The notes under the pieces: model-generated
The model's database searches: none
Seen by the model: only the letters and a program-made list of their open reading frames with translations
Told to the model about the DNA's origin: nothing
Assembly (NCBI RefSeq): GCF_036365525.1
Contig: NC_090377.1
Coordinates: 90,139,126 to 90,203,125, forward strand
Length of the DNA: 64,000 nucleotides
From: Heterodontus francisci
Lineage: Eukaryota
Direction of reading: 5' to 3'
Shown here: in pieces, positions 11,045-22,820 of the stretch
Numbering within the stretch: the stretch's first letter is position 1
Layout: the number at the start of each line of letters is the position of its first letter
Translations under genes and position numbers: made by a program

Positions 11045-12585
11045 GCCCCCAACTCTTTTTCCGCTGCATTGATGACTGTATTGGTGTCGTTTTCTGCTCC
11101 CGCCCCGAACTGGAAAACTTTATCAACTTTGCTTCTAATTTCCACCCTTCCACCCTTTACATGGTCCATCTCTGACACTTCCCTTACCTTCCTCAACTTC
11201 TCTGTCTCCATCTCTGGCGATAGGCTGTCTACTAATATTCATTATGAGCCCACCAACTCCCACAGCTGCCTCGACTACACTTCTTCACACCCTGCCTCCT
11301 GTAAGGTCTCCTTTCCATTCTCCCAGTTTCTCCATCTCTGATGCATCTGCTCTGATGACGCTACCTTCCACGACAGCGCTTCTGATATGTCTTCCTTTTT
11401 CCTCAACTGAGGATTCCCCCCCACTGTGGTTGACAGGGCGGTCAACTGTGTCCGGCCCATTTCCCGCACCTCTGCCCTCATCCCTTCCCCTCCCTCCCAG
11501 AACTGCAACAGGGTTCCCTTTGTCCTCACTTTCCATCCCACCAGCCTCCACATCCAAAGGATCATCCTCTGCCACTTCTGCCACATCCAGCGTGATGCCA
11601 CTACCAAACACATCATTCCCTCTCCTGTCAACTTTCTGAAGGGATAGTTTCCTCCGTGACACTCTGGTCCACTCCTCTCTTACTCCCACCACCTCGTCCC
11701 CTTCCCATGGCACCTTCTCCTGCAATCGCAGGAGGTGTAATACCTGGCCATTTACATCCTCTCTCCTCACTATCCCAGGCTCCAAACACTCCTTTCAGGT
11801 GAAGCAGCGATTTACTTGTACTTCTTTCAATATAGTATACTGTATTCACTGCTCACATTGTGGTCTCCTCTTCATTGGGGATACCAAACGCAGATTGGGA
11901 CTCCTTTGCGGAACACCTCCGCACAGACCGAAAGCATGACCCTGAGATTTCGGTTGCTGGCCATTTCAACACACACCCCCTGCTCTCATGCCCACATCTC
12001 TGTCCTGGGATTGCTGCAGTGTTCCAGTGAACATCAACACAAGCTCAAGGAACAGAATCTGATTTACTGATTAGGCACACTACAGCTTGCCGGACTGAAC
12101 ATTGAGTTCAATAATTTCAGAGCATGACGGGCCCCCCTTTTTATTTTTAGTTTTCTTTATTTGTTTATTTTATTTTAGTTTGTTTAGTTTGTCTCTGCTG
12201 TGCCTACCCACTGGTTTTTTTCATGTTTGTGCTTTGGGCCAGGACTGTTCATTTTTCTGTCAATTAACGCCCTCTCTGCACTAATGCTTTGTCTTTCCCG
12301 ACACCAATAACATACCGTTTGCCTTTGCTCCATGACCTTCTGGTCAGTTATTCTCTGTGACCCTGTCCTATCAACATCTCTTTTGTTATCTCTTGCCCCA
12401 CCCCCACTTTATTTGCTTAAATCCTGTTACATTTCTAATATTTGCCAGTTCTAATGAAGGGTCACTGACCTGAAACGTTAACTCTGCTTCTCTCTCCACC
12501 GGATGCTACCGGATCTGCTGAGTATTTCCAGCATTTCTTGTTTTTATTTCAGATTGCCAGCATCTGCAGTATTTTGCTTTTATAC
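11045..12585 (+). mobile_element. Penelope-like element (RT C-terminus, GIY-YIG endonuclease relic, terminal repeat) inserted in an L2
   Basis: FRCIDDC, FASNFHP, LDYTSSHP..PFSQFL RT/thumb motifs; FTCTS..IVYCIHC..G...IGDTKR GIY-YIG region; frameshifted. Confidence 0.85.
12447..12483 (+). ncRNA. Minimal type-I hammerhead ribozyme motif (core mutated to CTAATGA)
   Basis: AGTT-CTAATGA-A-GGGTC-ACT-GACCT-GAAACGTT-AACT: stem I AGTT/AACT, stem II, palindromic ACGT stem III. Confidence 0.65.
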
Positions 12586-13830
12586 ACATAAGGAGGTAAT
12601 AGGGCAGTTGGTCAAAGAGGTATGTTTAAAAGAGTGTCAAAGCAAGGGAGAGAGAGAGATACAGAAAAATTTAGGGAGGGAATTCCAAAGCTTAGAGCTT
12701 TAGCAGCTGAAGGCATTGTCGCCAGTGGTGAGGTGAAGGAAACTGGGGATGTACAAGGCTGGAACTTGAGATGGTTGGTTGTAGGAGGATGTTATAGAGA
12801 CAACAACTTGTATTTATGTCGCGCCTTTAACCTAATAAAATGTCCCAAGGTGCTTCACAGGTGCATTATAAATCAAAATATGACACCAAGCCACATAAGG
12901 AGATATTAGGTCAGGTGACCAAAAGCTTGTTCAAAGAGGTAAATTTTAAGGATGGTCTTAAAGGAGGAAAGTGAAGTAACAAACTGAGCCGTTTAAGGAG
13001 GAAATTCCAGAGCTTAGGGCTTAGGCATCAGAAGGCACGACCATCAATGGTGGAGTGATTAAAATCAGGGATGCTCAAGAGGCCAGAATTAGAGGAGCTC
13101 AGATATTTGGGAGGGTTGTGTGGCTTGAGGTTCCAGAGATAGGGAGGGGTGAGGCCATGGAGGGATTTGAAAATAAAGATTAGAATTTTAAAATCAAGAT
13201 GTTTCTTGACCAGGAGCCATTGTAGGTCAGCAAGCACAGGGGTGATAGGGGAATGACACTTTGTGCGAGTTAAGATACAGGCAGCAGAGTTTCGGATGAT
13301 CTCAAGTTTGTGGAGAGTAGAATGTGGGAGACCAGCCAGGAGTGTGTTGGAATAGTCAAGTCTAGAGGTAACGAAGGCATGAATGAGGGATTCAACAGCA
13401 GATGATCTGAGACACTGGGCAAATAGTCGGTCTTAGCGATGACACGAATATAATGTCGGAAGCTCATCTCGGGGTCAAATGTGACACCAAGGTTGTGAAC
13501 AGACTGGCTTAATCTCAGACTGTTGCCAGAGAGGGATGGAGTTGGTAGCTGGGGAACGGAGTTTGGAACTTGGACCGAAAACAATGGGTTCAGTCTTCCC
13601 ATCACTTATTTTTATTTTCTGCTCACCCAGTACTGGATGTCTGATGAGCAATTTAGCAACAGTGGAAGGGTTGAGAGAGGTGGTGATGAGGTAGAGCTGA
13701 GTGTCTTCAGAATACATGTGAAAACTAATGCTGTGCTTTTGCCGAGGGGCAGCAATAGATGATAAGTAGGAGGGGACCAAGGATAGATCATTGGGGGACA
13801 CCAGAGGTAACCATGTGGAAGCAGGAAGAG
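12586..13830 (-). mobile_element. L2-like LINE fragments
   Basis: FHMYSEDTQLY (decayed YADDTQLY), VHNLGVTFDPEMSF, LADLQWLLVK..LDFKILIFIFKSLHG motifs. Confidence 0.8.
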
Positions 13831-13844
13831 TGATCGTTATATCG

Positions 13845-14225
13845 GAGATTTGATAGGGGTGTTCAAAATCATGAGAGGTCTAAACAGATTAGATGGAGGG
13901 AAACTGTTCCCATTGGCAAAAAAAGAATTGAGAACCAGAGGACATAGATTTAAAGTGATTGGCAAAAGAGCTAAAGGCAACATGAGGAAAAACGTTTTTA
14001 CGCAGCAAGTGGTTACGATCCGGAATGCACTGCTGAAAGGGTGGCAGGGGCAGATTCAACATATCTTTCAAAAGAGAATTGGATAAGCACCTGAAGGGAA
14101 AAATATTGCAGGGCTATGGGGAGAGGGCCGGGAAGTGGGACTAGCTAAATTACTCTTGTAGAGAGTTGACATGGACTTGATGGGCTAAATTGCCTCCTTC
14201 TGTGCTGTAACTTTCTATGATTCGA
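13845..14225 (+). mobile_element. CR1 LINE 3' fragment
   Basis: IGVFKIMRGLNR..RTRGHRFKV..MRKNVFTQ motif. Confidence 0.8.
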
Positions 14226-14477
14226 ATATATTTCTTCCATCTACTGTTGAGAAAGTGAAGTACAGTGTCTTTGTTAAAAGGACTGAATAATTGTTCTAAT
14301 TACATGTGGCAACAGCATAAATACATTCAAAAAGCATGGTTTATGATGTTGCGACATACACTAAAGAATAGTTCTTGCCCTAAGTTGACATTTTGGCTGA
14401 ACTGCAATGTCTACGCAACTACAATTCTTTGTTTCTATCTTGTCATTTCAGTGTCAAATGTAACTTTGTTTTAATAG

Positions 14478-14531
14478 ATAAAAGAACAAAATGTTGTCAT
14501 TGATGAGCTCTCCAACCTTAAGAAAAGTCGG
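14478..14531 (+). CDS. ASDURF: ASDURF exon 2 ([18 protein letters not shown])
   Basis: TTAATAG|ATA acceptor, CGG|GTAAGT donor, 54 nt; near-identical to the recalled human [18 protein letters not shown]. Confidence 0.93.
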
Positions 14532-14964
14532 GTAAGTTAATGAAATGCAAATCTTGGGTTAATACTTAGAGGTTAGGTTGTGGCATAAATGTGATGATTG
14601 TCTTTAAAGTACAGTATTAGTTAAATAAACTGTCCTAAAATGGGTAGTTTTTCAGAAGGATGGAATAAGATATAAATGAAAATACATGAGAAGTAAATCA
14701 GGAAAACTTGAAGTATTAGATGTTTGGTCTAATCTGTCAATAAAGCTAATAGAGACACACATATTGGGTTTATTCAGAATTAAATGCCATGATGGTCATA
14801 AAGACCAGAAGGTCGCAGGTTTGATTTTTAGTCTCTGCTGGGTTGGTGGGATGGCAGTTGGACAGCTGCAAATGGCTTCAGCATCCCTGGCTTTCAGAGA
14901 GGAAAAATCACCCAGAGGTCCCACTCTTGAGCATTAGCCAGTGATCACTGGACAGTGCTTACAG

Positions 14965-16000
14965 ACTCATAGAATGATACAACACAGAAGGGGGCCATTT
15001 GGCTCATCATGCGCCTGTGCCAGATGTTTGAAAGAGCTATCCAGTTAGCCCCACTTCCCTGCTCTTTCCCTATAGCCCTTCAAATTTTCCCCCTTCAAGT
15101 ATTTATCCAATTCCCTTTTGGAAGTTATTACTGAATCTGCTTCAACCTGAACTTGCTGCGTAATTTTTTTCCTTATATTGCCTCTGATATTTTTGCCAGT
15201 GCTCTTAAATCTGTGTCCTCTGGTTATGAACCCTTCTTTCACTGGAAATAGTTTATTCTTATTTACTTTGACAAAGGCCTTCATGATTTTTTAACACTTC
15301 TATCAACTCACTCCTTAACTATCTCTGCTTTAAATAGAACAAGCCCAGTTCTTCATCTGGTGTAATTCTTTGTAATTCTCCTCTGCACCCTTTTTAATGT
15401 CTTGACATCCTTCCAAAGGTGTGATGCCTAGAATTGGCCACAATACCCAGCTGAGACCTAATTAGTGTTTTATAAACTTCCTTCCTTACTTTTGTACTCA
15501 TTGCCTCTATTTGTAAAGTCAAGGATCTTGTATGCCTTTTTAACAACCTTCTCAACTTGTCCTGCCACCTTCAAAGACTTGTGTATATACACCCCCCAGT
15601 TTTCTCTGTTGCTGCACCCCCTTTAAAATTGTACCATTTAGTTTATATTGTCTCTTATTATTTCTACCAAAATGAATCACTTCAGTCTTTGCATTGAATT
15701 TCATCTGCGATTTGTCTACCCATGCCATCAGTCTATGTCCTTATGTCCTCCTACCACAATTTCTGCCCTTCCCGCAGCAACTTGGGCTGCATTCCACTTT
15801 GAGTGCTGCAAACCTTTTAAGTGGTTTAATTTTTATCCTATCCAGTTTCTCTACAATCTGCTTCTTTACTCTGACATTGGTAACATCCTCTTCAGTAAAG
15901 ACAGATGCAAAGTTCTCATTTAGTACCACAGCCTCCAAAGATGATCTCCTTTTGGATCCTAATTAGCCTTGACCTTGATTTACCTATCCTTTTATGAGTT
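14965..16000 (-). mobile_element. CR1 LINE fragments
   Basis: KLFPVKEGFITRGHRFK and LNENFASVFTEED motifs on the minus strand. Confidence 0.75.
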
Positions 16001-17164
16001 AAATTTTTATGAAAGACTGTTAGCTTCCATTTTATCCGCTAAACTATTCTCTTACACTCTCTTTGTCCTTCTTATTTCTTTTTCCAGTTGTCCCCTGTGC
16101 TGTTTGTATTCAGCTTGGTTCTCTGATTTGGGAAACTCACATTTTATCATAAGCCTAATTTTTCTGTTTCGTTTTAATCTTTATACCTTTAGTCATCCAG
16201 GTAGCTCTGACTTTCGATGTCCTTTCTTTCCCCTTGTGGGAATGTGTTTAGTTTGTATCCAAACTATATCCGATTTGAAGGCCTTCTATTGCTTATTTAC
16301 TACGTTACCTACCAATCTTTGATTCCAGTCCACCTGGGCCAGAGGACTTTTCAGCTAACTAAAATTAGCTCTCCTCCAGTTGAATATTTTCACATTCGAT
16401 TTTTCCTTGTCCTCTTCCATAGCTACTCCAAACCTAATGCTGTTTTGATCACTTCTTTCCGCAAACTAGATCAAGCACTGCTGATCACATACTGATCAAG
16501 AAAGCTCTTGTACACATTTCAGGAATTCCTCCCCTCTCTTTGCCCTTTACACTGCCACTTTCATAGTTGTTTAAGGTACAAAAGAACTGATGAAGATTTC
16601 AGGCAGCTTCAATCAGTTGTTTACCTAATACAGATGATGTCAATTAGCTCTGGATCATCTGGAACCCGAACTACCTGCTTACTCTCTCCAGGCTTAAAAT
16701 TTTTTAAAAAAAATAAGCACCACAAAGAATTTTTAAAAACCCACTCACAGTGCAATCAGTAGTGGGAGCTGTCCATCAGTGGGGGAGGCGGAGGGTTGTG
16801 CAAAAGGGGTTTTCTTACCCTTTTGGCCAATGTGCCCAACTTTATCTCAACATTCTCTGTTAGCTGCCAGCCCCCAAACCGCCGCTCCTTCCAGCCAAAT
16901 TTCAGATGGATTTAGCGTCCACCATATATAGTGGGCAAATCAGTGGGAACTGTAGCTCCTACCATTCAAATGAGGATCCTAACAGGAGATTTAAAAGTCA
17001 AATATAAAATTCAGATACGTTGAAATTCGTTTTTTGTTTTACTACAACAATGAACAGACAACAATGTACCTACAATTATCAACCCCTGGACTGACAAACA
17101 CCCATGGGTAAAAAAGTGATTCCAAGATTCATTTTGACTTTTTTTTACTTTTAATCTATTTCAG

Positions 17165-17240
17165 AAAGTTTATAAGCAGCAGCCCAACAGCAATATATTT
17201 TTCTCAGCGGATCGAACCCAGACTCTAAGTGAATGTAAAT
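17165..17240 (+). CDS. ASDURF: ASDURF exon 3 ([25 protein letters not shown])
   Basis: TTTCAG|AAA acceptor, T|GTAAGT donor (phase 1); matches the recalled human [25 protein letters not shown]. Confidence 0.93.
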
Positions 17241-17549
17241 GTAAGTTATTTCTTTTAAGGATGTTTTGTAAATGTGGTGGGTGAATAAAATGGTGCATAT
17301 GTTCCAACAATGCAGAATCTGTTGTGCGTTTCTTTTGCACCTTGATTTTTATATTGGTGCAACATACATATTAGGGCCTTTTTTCCCCTTCCACTGTTTA
17401 TTTGCTTTCTGCCATTCCTTTTAATACAGCATTCCTTTCATCTGAGAGGATGGTCAGATGACTAGCTCTCAAACACTTTCAGTCTCCATCTTGAGTTGGT
17501 CATTAACAGCTGCACAAGAGTGGACCAAGTTTACTCGAACTTATGCTTA

Positions 17550-18392
17550 AATAAAAGCAAAATACTGCAGATGTTGGAAATCTGAAATAAAAACTAAATG
17601 TTGGAAATACGCAGCAGGTCTGGCAGCACCTGTGGAGAGAAAAGCAGAGTTAACATTTCAGAGCTATGACTTTTCATCAGAACTGGCAAAAGTTAGAAAT
17701 GTAATGAGCTTTGAGCAAATGAAAGTGGGGGAAGGGGCAAGAAGAACAAAAGAGAAGGTATGTGATGGGGCAGGGGAGATTAACGACAGAGATGCCATGG
17801 AATAAAAGGCAAAGGGAGTGAAAAATCACAGACCTGAAATGTTAACTCTGCTTCTAGGAACACAGGAGCATGAGTAGGCCATTCAGCCCTTCGAGCCTGC
17901 TTCACCATTCTAGATCATGGCTGATCGTCTACCTCAATGCCATATTCCTGCACTACCCCTATATCCCTTGATGTCATTAGCAACTAGAAATCTATCAATC
18001 TCTCTTGAACTTACTCAGTGACTGAGCTGCCACACCCTCTGGGCAGAGAATTCCAAAGATTCACCCTCTGAGTGAAGATGTTCCTCCTCATCTCAATCCT
18101 AAATGGCTTGCCCTTTATTCTGAGATTGTGTCCCCTGGTTCTAGACCCCACAGCCATGGGGAAACATCTTTTCTGCATCTACCCGATCTATCCCTTTAAG
18201 AATTTTCTAAGTTTCTATGAGATTGCCTCATTCTTCTAAACTCCAGGGAATACAGGCCGAGTCTCCTCAATCTGTCATCATAGGACAATCCCACCATTCC
18301 AGGCATCAGTCTGGTGAACCTCTGATGCACTTCTCTCTCCACCGATGCTGTCAGACCTGCTAAGTATTTCCAGCACTTTCTGTTATTTCAAA
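17550..18392. mobile_element. Inverted pair of Penelope terminal repeats with a CR1 3' fragment (17856-18330, -) inserted in the second
   Basis: Minus copy at 17550-17820; the plus copy starts at about 17826 (GACCTGAAATGTTAACTCTGCTTCT) and resumes at about 18331 (TTCTCTCTCCACCGATGCTG). Confidence 0.75.
17648..17684 (-). ncRNA. Minimal hammerhead ribozyme motif
   Basis: Reverse strand AGTT-CTGATGA-AAAGTCATAGCTCT-GAAATGTT-AACT; core intact, stem II degraded. Confidence 0.55.
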
Positions 18393-19128
18393 TATACGCT
18401 TGTTTAGTCACTCTTTCTGGTGGAGTAGCAAATGGCCTCTGCTTGTTGTGCCCTCTGGCTGAGCTGAGGCGTGTGCAGTCCAACATCTTATTACTCCATG
18501 TGCTGCATTATTGTACTTGTTTTAGCAGGGGTTACATAAGTAAATATGGTTGGTGATAAACAGTTCCATTATTGTATCTCATAGCTCTGAATCCTGATGA
18601 AGGCACCAAACTGAAACTAGTAATATATTTAATGGAAAATTAATCACAGTATAGATTTACTTTTTAGAAGAAATTATATTGCACTTCTCAAAGGACTGGA
18701 TAATATGCTTAAATATCTAAATGTGTGTAACAGCCAAGGTAATTACTAAAATGTTTGATAAATATTTCTATTCTCCTTTTCATAAGATTGATGTGTTCAT
18801 ATATATTTTGGTCAATAAATGTCATAGCTAGAATAAAGGACTTGTTTATTCTTGCATCCTCCAATGTTGGTGCAAGTCTGTGAAGAGGGAAATTTGCTTC
18901 TTCTGTTAAGCTGAAAAGATTGAATAAAACAGCAGTTTGTTTTTCTGCGAACTTTTTTTTAAACTTAAGGGATGTTCACCCTGCTTAAATCATTGGAAAA
19001 CTCAAATCACGTTGGTACCTTTTTGTATTAAAACTGCTATGAAAGCGATATTTGTTTGTGTATTCCTTTGTTATAGGTTAGATGATGTACCATCCAAATA
19101 ATCCAATAATCACTGTGTAATTTTACAG

Positions 19129-19184
19129 GTGCCCTTGATGAGATGAAAAAAGAATACCAGGAATTAGAAAACTCTGAAAAATGA
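19129..19184 (+). CDS. ASDURF: ASDURF last coding segment ([18 protein letters not shown]), at the start of the large ASNSD1 exon
   Basis: TTTTACAG|GT acceptor with compatible phase; matches the recalled human ILDELKKEYQEIEN; TGA at 19182-19184. Confidence 0.92.
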
Positions 19185-19252
19185 AGAAATGAACAGCAGT
19201 GTCAACATCTGTGTTATTGATTGATGTTAATGGGTAAATTGAAAAGCACAAA

Positions 19253-20710
19253 ATGTGTGGCATTTGTTGTAGGTTAGTTTTAGCGCCTCAGAAAGATGTT
19301 CCTGATATTTTGGGAAAGGATATGCTTGAAAGCCTTCGACGGAGAGGTCCTAACTGTAGCCAACAGTTATCCAGAGCAGTACCTGAGCTGGGCTATAATT
19401 GCTTTTTCTCTGGTCATGTGCTTCATATGAGAGGGTGTCTAAACCCACAGCCAACGCAGGATACTCAGGGAAACCTCCTCCTTTGGAATGGGGAGGTTTT
19501 TGGAGGAATTGAAATTGGACCTGAAGACAATGACACTCGGATTATTCTTCAGCATTTGTCTTTATGTAAGAGTGAAGAATCCATTCTCTCTGTCTTTTCA
19601 TCTGTTCAAGGACCATGGGCTTTTATATACTACCAACCATCCAGTCACTGCTTGTGGTTTGGTCGAGACTTTTTTGGTCGGCGCAGTTTACTGTGGCAGT
19701 TTAAGAATGCTGAAAACTCCTGCTTTACTCTTACATCAGTGAGTACTTCTGTTCCAGAGTGTGGAAGTGTTCCCTGGCAGGAAGTACCAGCATGTGGACT
19801 TTACAAAATTGATCTCCAGAAACAATCCAATGCCAACTCATTGGCAATAACATGGTATCCATGGAAACATAGGTCCATTGAATATGAATTCAAGACTCTA
19901 CATTTAGGTGATGAAGCTCAGTTCACTGAAGAACTGCCTAATTTTGTTTCTGTGCTTTTGAATGAATCTAAACTTTTCCCCATGGCACCCATCACTCCTA
20001 TGAATTACAATATTCCAGAGTCATGTGCTGATACTGCAGTTTGTGAAACATCTTCAGTAAATGTTAAGGTTTTTCTTTCAGATGAACACAAGAAGAAATT
20101 AGTTCATCAGTTTATTGATGTTTTAAGTGAATCTGTTAGACGGCGAGTGCTTTTCTTACCGAGATGCCAAAATCACCCTGACTGTTCAGCTCAGTTCACA
20201 GTTTCTAATAAAGCAAAAGTTGCCATTCTCTTTTCCGGAGGTGTTGATTCTATGGTTCTTTCAGCCTTGGCTGACCATCATATTCCACCAGATGAATCTA
20301 TTGATCTATTGAATGTTGCCTTTAAGCAGCAGGAACAGAAAAAACAGAAAACTTCAATAAAGCAAAAGAAGAAAAACAGTGCCTCCAGTGCACCTGAAGA
20401 GGAAACTCGAAAATGTGACAATGGCAGCGAGAAAGAGCAGACTGCTTTTAATGTGCCTGACCGGATCACTGGACTGTCAGGCTTAAAAGAGTTGCAAATT
20501 ATAAACCCTTCCAGAAGTTGGAATTTTATAGAAATCAATATCACATTAGAAGAGCTGAAGGAAATGAGACAACAGCGGATTAGCCATTTAGTGCAACCTT
20601 TAGACACCGTACTGGATGACAGCATTGGCTGCGCAGTGTGGTTTGCTGCACGAGGTATTGGTACCAGCACCAGTAATGGAGAAATCCAACCGTACATCAG
20701 CACTGCAAAG
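19253..20710 (+). CDS. ASNSD1: ASNSD1 coding exon 1 (class-II glutamine amidotransferase and asparagine synthetase-like domains)
   Basis: MCGIC Ntn nucleophile, RRGP, WNGE, GRDFFGRRSL, PP-loop LFSGGVDS; donor AAG|GTGTGG. Confidence 0.96.
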
Positions 20711-21230
20711 GTGTGGTATAAAACTTCTTTTAAAAAAAAAAAAAATTACGCTCACCATTTGGAATGTAAAATTATCCATACATTCATTCATTGCATACTC
20801 TCTCCTGAAAGAGCATCACAGCATCTCTCTTTTGTGTGGCTGTTTACTGTCACTTTCTATTTAACTGATGATTTAAAGACAAGAAACTTCCATGGAAAGC
20901 ACATTCCATTTAATGTATTCCACATTATTGTTAAGGGACTTAACATTCTTTTAAATAAACTTATCCTAAACTCAAGTGAGGCCCTTACAAGTAATCTGAC
21001 AGATGCACAGATCTGGAGTAAAATAATTGTCTATAATATTATTGTGCTCAGAACACTACCACCACGTCTTCTAGTAAATTTTCCTTTTGATCTGTCCACA
21101 CTGGGGGATTTAGGCATCTAAGAATTACAATTTTTGTCCCAAGTTCTCCTTTAGTTTTTTTTGGAGGGGAATTTAAACTTTCCTCTGTGCTGCCATCCAT
21201 GATGTTGGGTTGATCTCGTTCTAAGACTAC

Positions 21231-21865
21231 GGGCTGAGTTTTATGTTGCCCCAACGGGTCGGATGGTGGCGTGGGGGTAGAGTAATATTGAGCTGGAGAC
21301 TCTGGGAGGCCTACCCGCCCCGCTCCCGCCACTGGGCAACTTTACAGCAGTCAAGCAGTTAAGGGCCCTCGCCCGCCTCCATGGGTATTTTACCCGTGGC
21401 AAGCGGGTGTGAAGGGGATGTGAAAGGCCGCCCAGTGATAGCTGCCGGCCTTTCCGCGCGCTGGGAGGGTGCCCAATTGAGGGCTGCCCCAGCCTCCCAA
21501 CCCCCACCCCCGGGACCCAAGACGCCCCCCACCCCTCCGCCCCCGCCCCCCTCAAACGACCACCCTACCCTCACCAGGGTATGACCGATCTCACTGGTGA
21601 GGCATGCCCAACTTGCCTTCCCTCCTGGTTCCATGTCGTCAGCTGTGCTGCAGTCCCAGCAGTGGCCACTGCTCCTGGTGGCACTGCTAGCAGCTCACTG
21701 AGGCGGGACTTCCTCCGTCAAGCGGGTGGAAGTCCCGCCTCGGGACAATTAAAGCCCGGGGACCCGTAAAATGCGGGACGGATCCCCAGGCTAGGTGGAA
21801 GCGGGTTTGCCGCCAGCTTTTACTTCAATGGCAAATTCCTGCCCACCTAAAGTAAAATCCAGCCT
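21231..21865. mobile_element. GC-rich Harbinger-type MITE
   Basis: TIRs GGGCTGAGTTTTAT / GTAAAATCCAGCCT, 3-bp TSD TAC/TAT; similar to 55918-56596. Confidence 0.8.
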
Positions 21866-22638
21866 TATGTCAAGACTATCTTGCTTCAGACCTCACAAAT
21901 GCCAATTTATTTTTCCTGCATTCAACGACCACTGACTTTCGTGTGGTACTTCTGGTGTTCTTCCCTTCTCTTAAAATTGTTATGCACTTCCAAAGAACTA
22001 TGTATAAAGCTGTTGCTGTATTTTGCATTATACTAATAGGCCATTCTCTCTAAATTTCCTTTTTCTTTTGAAGGGTTACCCTCCAATGTAAAGGTGTGAT
22101 GCTGCCAATACCACGAACTCTGATTTTCTGTAATTGACCCTGACTTACAGTATTGCCCACACACACCCACCTCACCTAATTAAATGCTTCTTGTATTGAA
22201 CTGTAACCGAGATTTTACCAACCTCTACTTTGTATTTTTTTCCTAACTGGCTCAAGTCCCCATTCTGTCTCTGTCCATAACATCTTCCTCAAAACAACCT
22301 TGTGTAATGCTGCAAAAATCATGTAACCCATAAAAGTCTCCATCAATAATTTAAATGGGTTTCAAAGTTGACCTTAATGCATTAAAAAGCTGCACATGTC
22401 CCAATTATGCTAAAAGATATTAACTTGAGGTTTAAATACAGTATTTTGTAATCTGAAGCCTCAATACCCAAAATTAAGTTGCTCTTGTCCTGTGCAAATA
22501 CAGTATGTTTAAAGGAGAGTTTGCTTGACTATCCAAAGTAATTATGTCTCTGGGACAGTACAGTGCATTTTAATTTAAATGTTAGAAGATTCAGGAGTGA
22601 AACTCTTATGGACAATATTAATTAATGTTTATTCTTAG

Positions 22639-22820
22639 GTGGTATTGACTGGGATAGGAGCTGATGAACAACTTGCAGGTTATTCCCGTCATCGTGTCCG
22701 CTACAAAACATCGGGTTTTGAAGGCCTGGTCAAAGAATTGGGGATGGAACTTGGTCGCATCTCCTCACGTAATCTTGGAAGAGATGACCGAGTCATTGGA
22801 GACCATGGAAAAGAAGCAAG
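22639..22820 (+). CDS. ASNSD1: ASNSD1 coding exon 2
   Basis: TTCTTAG|GTG acceptor, AG|GTAAGT donor; [27 protein letters not shown] motif. Confidence 0.96.

Noticed and set aside
21048-21769. Cluster of Pro/Gly-rich ORFs (also 47020-47475, 48772-50278, 55782-56632)
   Set aside because: By-products of GC-rich MITE sequence with few stop codons.
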